Below, piece after piece: positions 1 to 11,800 of a stretch of DNA of 64,000 bases. The stretch is from Gnetum montanum (lineage: Eukaryota > Plantae > Gnetophyta). Position numbers and translations under genes: made by a program. Under the pieces are notes generated by a model that was given only the letters and a program-made list of their open reading frames with translations, made no database searches and was not told the origin of the DNA. Each line of letters starts with the position of its first letter. The first letter of the stretch is position 1. The DNA is taken from positions 1,178,001 through 1,242,000 of the forward strand of contig MNCI01000651.1 of the NCBI GenBank assembly GCA_015680685.1. Direction: 5' to 3'.

Positions 1-181
1 ATTCATCAAGAAGGGAACTGCACTATGATTAGTATGCACAAAAATTGAATATTTAAGCACATAGTGCTTGAATTTCTCTAGAGCATACAACACCACCATG
101 GGTTCCTTTTTTGTAGTGATGTAATTGAGTTATGCATCCATAATGCTCCTACTTTTACAATGGATATGCTATGGATGTTTT

Positions 182-1151
182 TGGTGTAGGGATGTTGTAC
201 CTTGATAAACCCTAATAGGACCCAATCCACAACTTCTAAGTAAATCTAGTTTAGAAAGTAAGAGCAACATAATGAAATATATAAAAATTCCCTTTTAGTA
301 AGAAAATTCTCAAATACATAGAAAATACATCAAAGATGAGGAGCCAAGCTTAACTCACAAGCCTCCTAAGGATCTTAAAGGCCACACTTGTCCTCTCTTA
401 ATCCTCAATTTCTCAAAATGGAGCCCAAGCTCAAGACAAGACACTTATAAGAGATTCTCCTAATCTCTCTCAAGTGCTCTCCCTTGCCTCTCATTCAACT
501 TCCTTGCACAAGCTCTCTCTCTTGCCCTCTATTGGGATGTTTGGCCTTCAGTGTTTGTACTTTGGCCCTTGGCACTTTGGCACCAATAATAATGAATTAC
601 ATCAATATTTATAAGCAACCAAAAGGTAAAAACCCTAGAAACTTTTCCTCAACTAAACTTGAGGTTTTGCAGCTATTTCCCAAGTCTTCTCACCTTCTCC
701 CCGATTGTTTTCATCTTGGTTTGGCTATTTCCTAGATTGAAATGAAAATTTTTGGAAGTTTCTCCATGCATCTAGGTCATCTCTAGCTTCATTTAGACAT
801 CTTATGTGAAAGCCTTACTCATGGAAGAGACATCTACTATTTTTTATAGACGTCTTTTATGGACTTGGGATTTCTTTACTTCAAGGGAGACATCGCTAGA
901 AAGACATCTATCTTTTTGGGGATATGTCTATCCTAAAGGTGCCAAAAATAAAAATGCTTGTCTTGATGTTGAAAGCCTTTAGATACCTCCCAACATGTCC
1001 CCATAAATCCTAGAACCCTCTAAACTCAACAAAATAAGCCCAAAACACCCTAAAACATACCAAAACATCCAAAAATCATCCCCAACAAAAGCAACATAAA
1101 AAACACATAACACATAGGGTAGAACAAGGGGATTAGAAGGGGAAGGCACCA
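182..1151 (-). repeat. 3' LTR of element A
   Basis: Direct repeat of 2899-3846. Followed on plus by tgcccccatga, which is the PPT on minus. Confidence 0.88.
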
Positions 1152-1339
1152 TGCCCCCATGACTCAAGGCCATTACAATAATCATGACTCGATGCCTTAC
1201 AAACATGAGAATAAATATCATTGGAGGTTTTGGTCTTGAGCTTTTTTTGCTCATGGTGGCTTGTCCTCATGCCCCACCATGTTTCCTTTAGCTGAATCTC
1301 CTTGGAATGCTTTCCTTACATCCCCATGATGACTCAAAC

Positions 1340-2765
1340 CTATAACAAATAAAGAATAAGAAAAATAAAAGGATTAGGCTTTCTTAATCCAACATCCTTT
1401 CTTTGCTTCTTTTTCCTCTTCTTCACCTTCTCCTTTTGGGTGTTTGGAAGACTACCACTTAAGCTTCCTTTCATCACCACCATGTAGATTACGTTCATGT
1501 TGCACTTCCATTTTACAGCCAAGACAATCAAATCCATCATCACACTTCACAAATTTTTCATTACTATAATCAATAGCAAGCATCTCTAAATTCTAGAAAA
1601 TCATATAATTATCATTGTTTTCACTTACATCAATAATGACCTTCTCATAATGATTATTCCAATAGCCATAATTATTAAACAAATATTCATTATTAGTCTT
1701 CCTATTGCTAACAATGACATCAAAATTCATAACACGACTCTCAATCCCATCACAATCACCACAATGATCATGATGCTCATCATTACCATTGAACAAACCA
1801 CTACCAAGCTAAAGTGAAAAACTAGCATCCATCACACTAGTTTCAACATGAGAGACATTACTACCATCAGCAAGGTCAAGCTCACTCTTACTTACCTCTT
1901 CCTGGCTTCTCCTATCCATCTTTGGTTCAACTTGATCTTCAATATGTGGCTATCAAATCTCATCAAAGGTTGAAGATTCAAGATTCCAAATAGGAGTTCC
2001 CAATTCCAATGGCTTCTCCTCTTCAAAGGAATCCACAACAAGCTCTTCATCCCACTTTTGAGATACAAACTCAAAAGGTAAACTCTCATCCATGGTTTTA
2101 ACATCAAATTAATCAAAAAAATCATTAAAGAAATTATTTTTCCACATGCCTTGGCTAGAAGAATCACCTCTCTCCCATGAGATAGTCTCAACTTGACTTA
2201 GAATCTCCTTTCCCTTGCCACAAGGTGTAGAAAAATTGCAAAAAGAATGATTATCATACCTTCTAGTGCTACCCTTGATCCTCCTTGAAGGAGTCTCTTG
2301 ATTTTTACCACTCTCTTGGCTTTGATCCATCACCTCCCATGACTCATGAGGTAGGAATTCCTCTTGATCAATAACATGTACCATATTGGACTTTGAAGAT
2401 CTTTTGGTTCCTTTTATGAAGCTCTTGGTTTCCTCCCTTGAACCCCTTGAGTATTGAGCACTTCTTCACTCAATAAGAGATACTTGAGAACTCATTTTCT
2501 CATTGATCTCTACTTCATTAGACCTTTCATCTTCCTTTCCCTCTTGAGGCCTAGAAGATATTCTATCAATTCTCCTTAAAATATTTCCCATGTTAGTCTT
2601 GAATTTCTCTATCCCCCTTTCTAAAGTTTTTGCAAAATATTGGTGCTTATGGACCTTTACTTTGGGAAGAACCTCTCACATTTTAATCACAAAATCTTTA
2701 AAGGAGTCCTTAAACTCTTGAAGCTCTTATCTAAGCTCCTAGTATGTCTTCTTCTTTAAAGCCAT
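1340..2765 (-). pseudogene. Decayed ORF of about 470 codons inside element A, function unknown
   Basis: ATG at 2765 and the ORF-track pieces 2109-2384 and 1593-1796 share one frame, interrupted only by point stops. No CCHC, protease or RT motif seen. Confidence 0.55.
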
Positions 2766-2883
2766 ACCTAAAGCAACAAGAATGATATCCAAAAGAAAAT
2801 ACAAAAATATCCATAACGATCTTCCTTTCATTCAAAGAAAACACCAAGCTTCAACATAGAAGTGTGAAAGCCTCTAAACCTTT

Positions 2884-2895
2884 GCTTTGATACCA
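2884..2895 (-). other. Primer binding site (tRNA-iMet) of element A
   Basis: Minus strand TGGTATCAAAGC, 3 nt from the LTR end; consensus TGGTATCAGAGC. Confidence 0.88.
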
Positions 2896-2898
2896 ATT

Positions 2899-3846
2899 TG
2901 GTGCAGGGGTTTTGCACCTTGATAGATCCCAATAGGACCGAATCCACAACTTCCAAGCAGATCTAGTTTAGAAAGTAAGAACAACACAATGAAATATATA
3001 AAAATTCCCTTTTAGTAAGAAAATTCTAAAATACATAGAAAATACATCAAAGATGAGAAGCCAAGCTCAACTCACAACCCTCCCAAGGATCTTAGAGGTC
3101 ATACTTGTCCTCTCTTAATCCTCAATTGCTCACAATGAAGCCCAAGCTCAAGACAAGACACTTATAAGAGATTTTCCTAATCTCTCTCAAGTGCTCTCCC
3201 TTGCCTCTCACTCAAATTTCTTGCACAAGCTCTCTTTCCTCAAGAGCTCTCTCTCTTGCCCTCTATTGGGATGTTTGGCCTTCAGCATTTGCACTTCAAC
3301 CCTTGGCACTTCGGTACGAACAATAATGAATTACATTAATATTTATAAGCAACTAGAAGGTAAAAACCTTAGAAACCTTTACTCAACTCAACTTGAGGTC
3401 CTCCAACTATTTCCCAAGTCTTCTCACCTTCTCCCTAGTTGTTTCCATCTTGCTTTAGCTATTTCTTGAATTAGAATAGGCATTTTCAAAAGTTTCCCCA
3501 TGTGCATGGGTCATCTCTAGCTTCATGTAGACATCTTTTGTGAAAGCCTTGCTCAAGGAAGAGACATCTACTATTTTTGGTAGACGTATTCTATGGATTT
3601 GAGATGTCTTTACTTCAAGGGAGACGTCTATCCTAAACTTTCCAAACATAAAACTGCTTGTTTTCATGTTGGATGCCTTCCAATAAGTACCCATAGATCC
3701 TAGAACCCCCTAAACTCATTAAAATGAGCCCAAAACACTTTGAAACATGTCAAAACATCCAAGAATCATCCCCAAAAAAATCAATATAGAAAGACACATA
3801 ACACATAGGGTAGAACAAGGGGATCAGAAGAGGTGTCCCTACACCA
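2899..3846 (-). repeat. 5' LTR of element A
   Basis: TGGTGCAGGG...CCCTACACCA terminal inverted repeat; adjacent to the PBS. Confidence 0.9.
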
Positions 3847-6238
3847 ATTTCTAATCTTCCATTTGTGTAAGTACTACTCCCAATGCATAGTTGGATGCAT
3901 TTGTCATGATATGAAAAGATTTGGATCAATTAGGAGTACATAGAATTGGTGTTTCTATGAGCTTTTGTTTTAGGTATTGAATGTTTGTTCACATTCCTTG
4001 GTCTACTCAAATGCTACATCTTTCTTAGTAGGCTCAACCAGCGGCTTTGTGATTTTAAAGAAGTTTTCAATAAAACACTTGTAGTTACTAGTATGACCAA
4101 GGAATGATCTTACATCTTTGATAGTCTAAGGTTGCCTAGTCACTCCTCGAATAACCTTTATCTTTTTAGGGTCCACCTCAATTCCTTTAGCTAAAATTTT
4201 ATGTTCCAAGAAAATGCCTTATTGGACCATTAAGTAGCTCTTTTACCAATTGAGTCACAAGTTTGTTTCCATACATTGTTTCAGTACTTGTTTAGGATAG
4301 TCGAATGCTTACTCAAAATTAGCACCATAGGTAGAGAAGTCATCTATGAAAACTATAATTGTCTTGGCTTGGTCTTTTAGAGCAATCTGTATTTGATTAT
4401 ATTCATTGTACCTATGCAAAAAATTGTAATAGTTATGCCCTACAATTGTGTCTAACACTTGGTCCACAAATGGTAATGGAAAATGATCTTTAAATGTAGC
4501 CATGTTCAATAGTTGGAAGTATATAAAGACTCTCCATTGTCTCCCTTTCTTTGGTACAATAATAAGTGGACTTACCCACTTACTATTTGCCACTAGATAG
4601 ATAAATCCTACCTTGAGAAGCTTCTCAACTTAATTTTTAACAATTTGTTTCAATTTTGGACTCAACCTTTTTTGTGACTACCTTTGAGTTTAATAGTGGA
4701 GTCTGTGTAGATCTGATGTTGGCATATGAATAGATCTATTCCTATTAATCATCACCAGTATCAACTTTATTCTCAATTATCAATCCATCATTAGTTATCA
4801 TTGAAATCAAATTATCAGACAACCATCATATTAAATGCATTATCGAGACTTCAATAACTCATTTTCTCATACTCCATAATTTTAGACATTCTAGAATTAT
4901 CACATCTAGAAGATCAAAAGTCAAAGCTACATAAGTTAATCAAATTGCTTTCAAATCAATTCCATTTATCTATTAAGGATTCTTATTGGCGATATCATTA
5001 ATTAGTTTTCGTAAAATTTTTATCATCTATCATCATCAACTAAAGCAATTCAAAAAAGGCATTTTTAAGAGAGGTTACTTGCATTTCCATGATATTTCAT
5101 AGTGGAAGTGTAGATAATTGGAATGAAGTTTGTAACATCCTATCCCTAGATATCCCTCCTTGTTGGTATGTTATATGATTTGAACCCTTGATGTAATGTT
5201 TGACTAGCTTATGCTTTGTACTTTGTACTGCTATGCTTGGTGTAGTATACTTGTGATGTGTGATAGCATGGTTTATGGTTATAGTTGAGTTTTATGCCTT
5301 GTTATTTAATTAGAATGAAATACAAAAATTTATGAAATTTCATTTAACCACAATTTCACAGATACTTTACCCAATAAATCCCCCGATTCATTCAGTGTAG
5401 TAATAATAAACTTCAGTTCTAGTTTTAAATTCCTACGCTTTAGTCATTCAGATTAAGAAAATATCTTTAACAAAATATGAATACATTGATGCATAAATGC
5501 TATGTTTTTGTGGAAGTTTTAATGCTACATTCATTTAAATAGCAAATCATACATTGGTTTTAGATTTTCAATAGTATCTTCCTAAATTTTATCAAGGTAA
5601 TTTTTTTAGTGATAATTCAAAACTCCTATCATGTACATTTACACTATCAAATGGATTTAAAAGGATTTATGAACATAATAATATTTCAGTTTGGATTTTA
5701 CTTTTTCAATTGGAGGTTATATTAGAGCATTTCCAATTGAGCATCATCAATTGAGTGATTGGAAGGTCTCCCATTTAATTCCTTCACAAAATATTTAATA
5801 TATTCATAAATGATCATTCGAGGTTATTTAAGAAACAAAAGTGCTCTTGTGTGCATAAATCATGGGTAGCCTTGAGTCTTCCAACGTTGGCCTCTTTGAT
5901 CCCTAGTACCTTAACCTCTGCTTCAATATTAGGCCTGAGCAACATAGTTATATGATATAGCAGGTTCAAAGATGTTACTAAAGCATACTGTAACTCTCTA
6001 CAGCCTCAACATAGTTATGTTCTAAACCAAAAACAATGTTTTGGTCCATTTCATATTCTTGTGATGGGATTCATTACTGCTTGGCCCTTTGATACAACCC
6101 TTTCATTATGCTTTTGGATTGGTTCAAATTTCTCTCATATCTTCCAAGGTTACTATTATAAACTTGTGTACTTTCTTTTTTCATTGGATTGATGAAGGTT
6201 AGCAAATTTAATTTGAAATTCACAAATGTAAGTATTCG

Positions 6239-6360
6239 AGGTTGTTTCTAAGTTTGTTTTAGAGCATGTACAAATTGATAATCATAGCATTTTAGTTTGA
6301 AGGTTGTTTCTAAGCTTATTCTAGAGCACGTATAGGTTGATAATCATAGCATTTAAGTTT
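6239..6360. repeat. Imperfect 62-bp tandem duplication
   Basis: aggttgtttctaag...gataatcatagcattt occurs twice with period 62. Confidence 0.8.
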
Positions 6361-6731
6361 AGAGTAATTTAGAGATGCTTTAAAAGGGGAAAAAGCACAT
6401 GAAAAAACCTTTAAGCCACATTGATCATTTGACCATTTCATAATAAAAAGAAAATGTTACTAAATTGTTGAAGGCACTCATAATGTTGTGATATGATCTA
6501 CTTGTTAAATTGTTCTTCCTGTAGCTTCATTAAGCTAACAATATGGTAAGAGTTTTGGCCTAGAAAAACCTCATTTTAAAGGTCTAGGAATCTTAGAGAA
6601 TTTAAATAAAAATTTAATTTCAGTTTCCAAAGTAAATCAAATTATAGGATAATTTCTTAGAATCATCACAAATACAATATTGTAGTTCTTCACTAATATT
6701 AAAACTAAACATTTTAAACAATCTGTTCGTG

Positions 6732-6908
6732 TTATTTTAAAAAGTATAAACATGTAACGAAACATTTTATAATCCACAAAAGTCTATTTCATCGAAGCTT
6801 CACATATTTAATGTGATCTTATTTTAAAAAGTATAAACATGTAACGAAACATTTTATAATCCACAAAAGTCTATTTCATCGAAGCTTCACATATTTAATG
6901 TGATCTTA
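6732..6908. repeat. Perfect 87-bp tandem duplication upstream of the TNL gene
   Basis: ttattttaaaaagtataaac...atgtgatctta is repeated exactly (starts at 6732 and 6819). Confidence 0.95.
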
Positions 6909-7779
6909 ATGCAAGGAAATCCTAACAATGAACAGAAATGAATTTTCTGTTTCAATAATAAAATCCGCTGTAAAGGTGGCGATTATTTTCTCGATAGCCA
7001 CTACATAAAGCTAACATGAGCAAAAGCTTTCCAACAAAGAGACTCGGCAAGCAAGCTGTGAGAATGAACAAGCCATTGTCCATTGCTATGTCTTTCATTT
7101 AAGGATAGAAAACGACTTAAGAAATGAGAGATCTTGCTTTCTGACATATCTTTTTGCTCTCTTCATTCCCTCTCTCTATTATAATTTGAACCTAAACTTT
7201 TTTCTGCAGAAAGATTGACAAAGATGCAGTCACACTCAAGTCACAACCTGCAAGGGCGTTAGGCAAATGCATTGGAACAAGAGTCAGCTGCTTTTCCAAA
7301 CTTTCATGTTTCTAATGTTTTTGATTTTATAAAAAAATTTAAACTATGGCAAACAACAATGAATGAGAGTGCATAGGTTTTCATGCTCGGAAAGTTGGCA
7401 TCTGGAGTGGACTGTGGAAAGTATTATAAAACCTTAACTTCAACAATAAATTAGGATGGATGAGGTGCCTTCTACGAGTAAAGATAAAGCCAAATGTCAG
7501 TCTTGTGAAATGGAAATGGAACTCCACATGAAACTCGTCTCTATCTTATGCAGTGTCTCCTTTTGACAATGGCCTAATTTCTGTGGGCAGACCTGTGCTT
7601 TTGTCATGGAAATGAATATGTGGCATCCTTAATTGTTTAAATTTTTTTGTTGGGTGGGCGGTGACCCGGTGAGAATCAATCACAAAAATCTGCAACAGTA
7701 AAAGATACCTTGTTTCAAATGAGCAAACTGTGTTTGAGTATGAAGTATGAACATGGAAGAGTGATCATCTGGAGCACGA

Positions 7780-8177
7780 AACCGTGTAGACTTTGACCAG
7801 TCTTTCCTTAATGGCTTGGCCATTAAGCTAAGCACCTTTTCTATCACACGGAGTGTTATTAATTATGTGCGGTGAAAAAACTTTATGACTGAATATTAAC
7901 AGTGCAAAATAAAGTTAACAGAGAATTGATATTTATATATGCGTTCAGTCGCGCAGAGTTGCCCCTTTATGTATGCGTTCATACGCCGTGCCCCTGAAAC
8001 CCTGAAAACAGTTGCTTGGTTTCAATTCTAAATTCTGCTGCAGTTTCTTACACAAAACGGCTCAATCGGTGTTGCTGCGTTAGTTTCCCCTCAATTCTCC
8101 AGTCTCTGCAAATTATACACCTCTCTCTGTGATCTGATCTGATCTGATCTGTATCTGCCTTGACTGCAACAGGGCAA
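7780..8177 (+). promoter_or_regulatory. Putative TNL proximal promoter and 5' UTR
   Basis: CpG-retaining unique sequence, W-box TTGACC near 7793, TATA-like atttatatat at 7931-7940, and a (GATCT)n microsatellite at about 8130-8150. Confidence 0.4.
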
Positions 8178-8857
8178 ATGGCTGAGAACAGGGCAACTAA
8201 GCGGCTCAAGTCCTGTGATACAGAAGGGAGAGCAGCATCTAAGAGCAGCCGGACACAAGACGACAAGGAAGAGCAAAACATTCAATTCCCGGCAACAAAA
8301 TTGCAGGGTTTGCAGCAGCAGCAGGAGCAGCCTGCAGGGCCTTATTTTGATCCAGATTCAGGTGTTGGGTCATCTTCAACCTCAACTTATGAGGATGGCG
8401 CCAGCAGCAGCAGCAGCAACAAGTTCGATGTATTCATCAGTCACAGAGGCCCTGATACAAAGCAGACTTTGGCTTATCACATGTACGATCTGCTACAGGT
8501 TCATGGCATCCCTGTGTTCCTGGACAAAGAAGAACTTGAGAGGGGTGAAAGATTCGCACCAGCGATTGACGAAGCCATTGCATGTTCCAAAGTGCATGTG
8601 TGTATACTTTCCACTGGATATGCACGGTCTTTCTGGTGTCTGAAAGAATTGGAGATGATGGTGCGGAAATACGACATGGCTCAATCTAAGCTGATTCCTG
8701 TCTTCTATGATGTCCATCCCTCAGACGTTCGACATTTGAAAGGAGAATTCGGGCAGGGCTTTCAGAAACTAAAAACCAGGTACTCCAGTGAAGTTACCGA
8801 CACTTGGGAAAAGGCTTTGCGCACGATTGCAGACATTACCGGATACGAGGGTAAAGG
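8178..8857 (+). CDS. TNL exon 1: low-complexity N-terminal extension + TIR domain
   Basis: FDVFISHRGPDTK, VFLDKEEL, YARSFWCLKEL (catalytic Glu present), LIPVFYDVHPSDVR; donor GG|GTGAGT. Confidence 0.93.
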
Positions 8858-11800
8858 GTGAGTGATGTTATTAGCATCTGTGTTCGCTTATTTTTGGTTC
8901 ATTACGAAAGCAGGCTGATCTTCGGACATTCAAAGCAATAGGACGATATGTTAATATGATTCCAAATTTAGTTTTGAGCTTTCTTGGTAGTTTCTTCATT
9001 GATGCCTGGATTTAGAGTGTTTCTTATGTTTTTTTAAGCAGCAAACTTGGCACCATAAGGTAAAGTAAATTATTTCATGACTCGCAATAAATAAAAACAT
9101 ATATTGGCCTAAGGTTTTAGCTTTTATTTTGAAAGTTACTTTGATTGCCTTCTTATACAGGGAATGCTGTAAGAATATTGTCAACAAGATACTTGAGGAA
9201 CTTGATATTAAATTGCTTGATGTTCCCACCAACATGATTGGAAGAGAAGAGGCTTTACTCAGCACTAAGGATGCTATAATGAGATGCCGTCAGAATGGAT
9301 GTGGTGTGACATCAGTGGAAATAAGTGGTATTGGAGGCATAGGAAAAACCACCTTTGCAAAAGAACTTTATAATCAATTTTGTTCTCAGTATGAAAGGAG
9401 TTGTTTTATTGAAAATGTAAAGGGACTTGTAGAGAGCCATGGCATAAATGAAGTCCATAAACAGCTTATCATTCAGCTTTTCAAATATAATCAAAGTCAC
9501 TTAACAAAGCAAGGAACCCAACTTTTAAGAGAGAGATTGCATAATGCAGAAGTTTTAGTAGTGCTAGATAATATCGACAGTAAAATTCAACTGAGCATGG
9601 TGTTTATTGAAGATCATGTGTCTTTAAATCCTAGAAGTATCATTATTGTAACAAGTAGAGAAGAGGGAGTTTTGAAGCATGATTCTAAAATTGCTAAGTT
9701 TTGTAAGAATTTGATTTCACTGGATATGTTAAAATTAGACTTCTCTACATCAAAAAAATTATTTTGCCAGTATGCATTTGGAGGAATTGAGAATGTTGAG
9801 AACAAATTCAATGAGCTGATAGAAAAGATTGTTAAAAAATGTGATGGGATACCATTAGCATTGACTTTACTTGGCAGACAAGTTTATGGAACAGATATTA
9901 AATTCTGGAAAAATTTATGGAATACTATTGAAGACTCTTTGCATGGTGATCTGAAGAAAATACTACAACTTAGCTATGACAATCTTGATTTAGAGTTGCA
10001 AAAATGCTTGTTCTTAGATGTTGCGACTTTTTTCCTTGGGGAGAAGCAAGAGCTGCTAGTTCAGCTTCGGGGACGTGATAAAAATGGTGAATCAGAAGTC
10101 TTGTGTGCTCTTGAAATATTGAAAAGGAAGCTTTTAATTCAGACATTCTCTAATGGTTTTCTAAACATGCATGTCTTACTTGTGGACTTGGGAAGGAGTA
10201 TAGTCAAAGATGAAGATCCTTGCCCTGGCTACCGTAGTCGGGTGTGGCGTCCTTCCGATGTCAGATATGTGTTATCTGAAGAAATGGTATGATGTTAGAC
10301 TCTGCTTGTTCATATTTTTAACATGTTTTTTTATTAAAATATATAGTATTTTGTTGTTCCCTCCCTTGGCAATGCAATCCTTTTTAGAAGAGGTAGTTAC
10401 CTCAAAGCCCTGTGTCTGAATTTCAGGGGACGGAAAAGATAAAAGCACTTAGCTTAGTGTCAAATGGTTCAGCCGTGGTAGATGATGGATGCCAATGGTC
10501 TGGTGAAGCATTCAACAAACTATCATCTCTGGAATTTTTGATCCTTGATGGTCATTGTATTGAAGGTACAGTTGTGCATGGATTACTGTGTTTTTATTTT
10601 TTATTATTTTTTTAAACAAGGTAACATTTCGATTTGTCCAAGGCTTTTACATTGTTCTATATTTACAGAAGGTAGTGATTTTTCCAAGTTTTCAAAGAAA
10701 CTTTTATGGCTGAAATGGACTAATTTTCCATATGATCATATCCCTGAGACACTCTGCATAAAACGTGTGAGGATCCTAGAACTGTCTGGTGACAGGCTGA
10801 CCCGGTTATGGGAGTGTCGTCCGCAGGTCAGATTCAATAGCTTTTGTTTGAAAAGCAAAATGTTAAAGTCTTATTCCATCCTTGACCCAAATCTGAGTTT
10901 CCTGCTGCATTGAACAGGAGGCTCCGACAAAATTGAGACGACTTAGTTTATCAAATTGCAAGAACTTGCAAAGTCTACCAGAATTCACTGGACATTTTCT
11001 GCACTTATCTAGCATGATACTTTTTGACTGCACATCTTTGAAAACTATTTCAGAGAGCTTTGGCGAACTCCAAGGATTGATGCATCTTCAACTACAAAAT
11101 TGCAAGGCATTGGTACAGTTGCCGGAGGGCTTTGGCAAACTCCAAGGATTGAAGCGTCTTCAACTGCAAAATTGCAGGGCATTGGTACGGTTGCCGGAGG
11201 GCTTTGGAGACCTGCAAAGTTTATGCTCTTTGGAGATGAAGTCCTTAAAAAGGCTAAAATCATTGCCTGAGTCATTTGGGAAAATGTTGCAACTAGAAAA
11301 TCTGATAATTTGGGGGTGCTATTGTCTGGAACACCTGCCAGAGTCATTTGGTAAATTGTCACGATTAAAAATATTGTATATCATTTATGGCAAAGCCTTG
11401 CAACGCCTGCCAGACTCTTTTGGAAATCTGGCGCAATTAAAGAAGCTACATCTCAAGAGCTGCAAAGCCCTCCAAGGCCTCCCAGATTCTTTTGGAAACC
11501 TATCACAATTAAGAGAGCTATATCTCATGAACTGTAAAGCCTTGCAACGCATCCCAAATTCTTTTGGAAATCTAGCGCAATTAAAGGAGCTATATCTTGT
11601 GAACTGCAAAGCCCTGCAAGGCCTCCCTGATTCTTTTAGAAATCCGGCCCAGTTAGAGAAGCTACATTTCATGAACTGCAAAGCCTTGCAAGGCCTCCCA
11701 GATTCTTTTGGAAATGTAGCACAATTAAAGGAGCTATATCTCATGAACTGCAAAGCCTTGCCAGATTTTTTTGGAAATCTGGCACAATTAAAGAAGCTAT

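Larger units (their letters stand above)
182..3846 (-). mobile_element. Non-autonomous LTR retrotransposon (element A, about 3.7 kb, no pol)
   Basis: Two homologous LTRs of about 950 bp with TGGTG...CACCA termini, a tRNA-iMet PBS and a PPT. TSD copies GTTTT (177-181) and ATTTC (3847-3851) are each one transition from GTTTC, which restores the host RNase H frame. Confidence 0.9.
1..4745 (-). pseudogene. Decayed Athila-like Ty3/gypsy pol fragment (RT + RNase H), split by the LTR element at 182-3846
   Basis: Minus strand 4309-4593 reads WVSPLIIVPKK...KDHFPLPFVDQVLD...VFIDDFS (RT, with an internal deletion). Joining 3847-3900 to 1-181 restores in-frame RNase H: ASNYALGVVLTQ...SRSI...LNYITTKKE...ALEKFKHYVL...VHTNHSA. 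Confidence 0.88.

Noticed and set aside
484-3694. Short ORFs at 484-735, 979-1254, 3191-3469 and 3455-3694 as genes
   Set aside because: They lie within the LTRs of element A, and their similarity reflects the LTR duplication.
5131-5330. TGTAACATCC as an LTR start
   Set aside because: No matching end, TSD or partner LTR could be found.
9556-9580. Kinase-2 LDNID (DD to DN) as an inactivating lesion
   Set aside because: LDN variants are common in TNLs, so this is not diagnostic.
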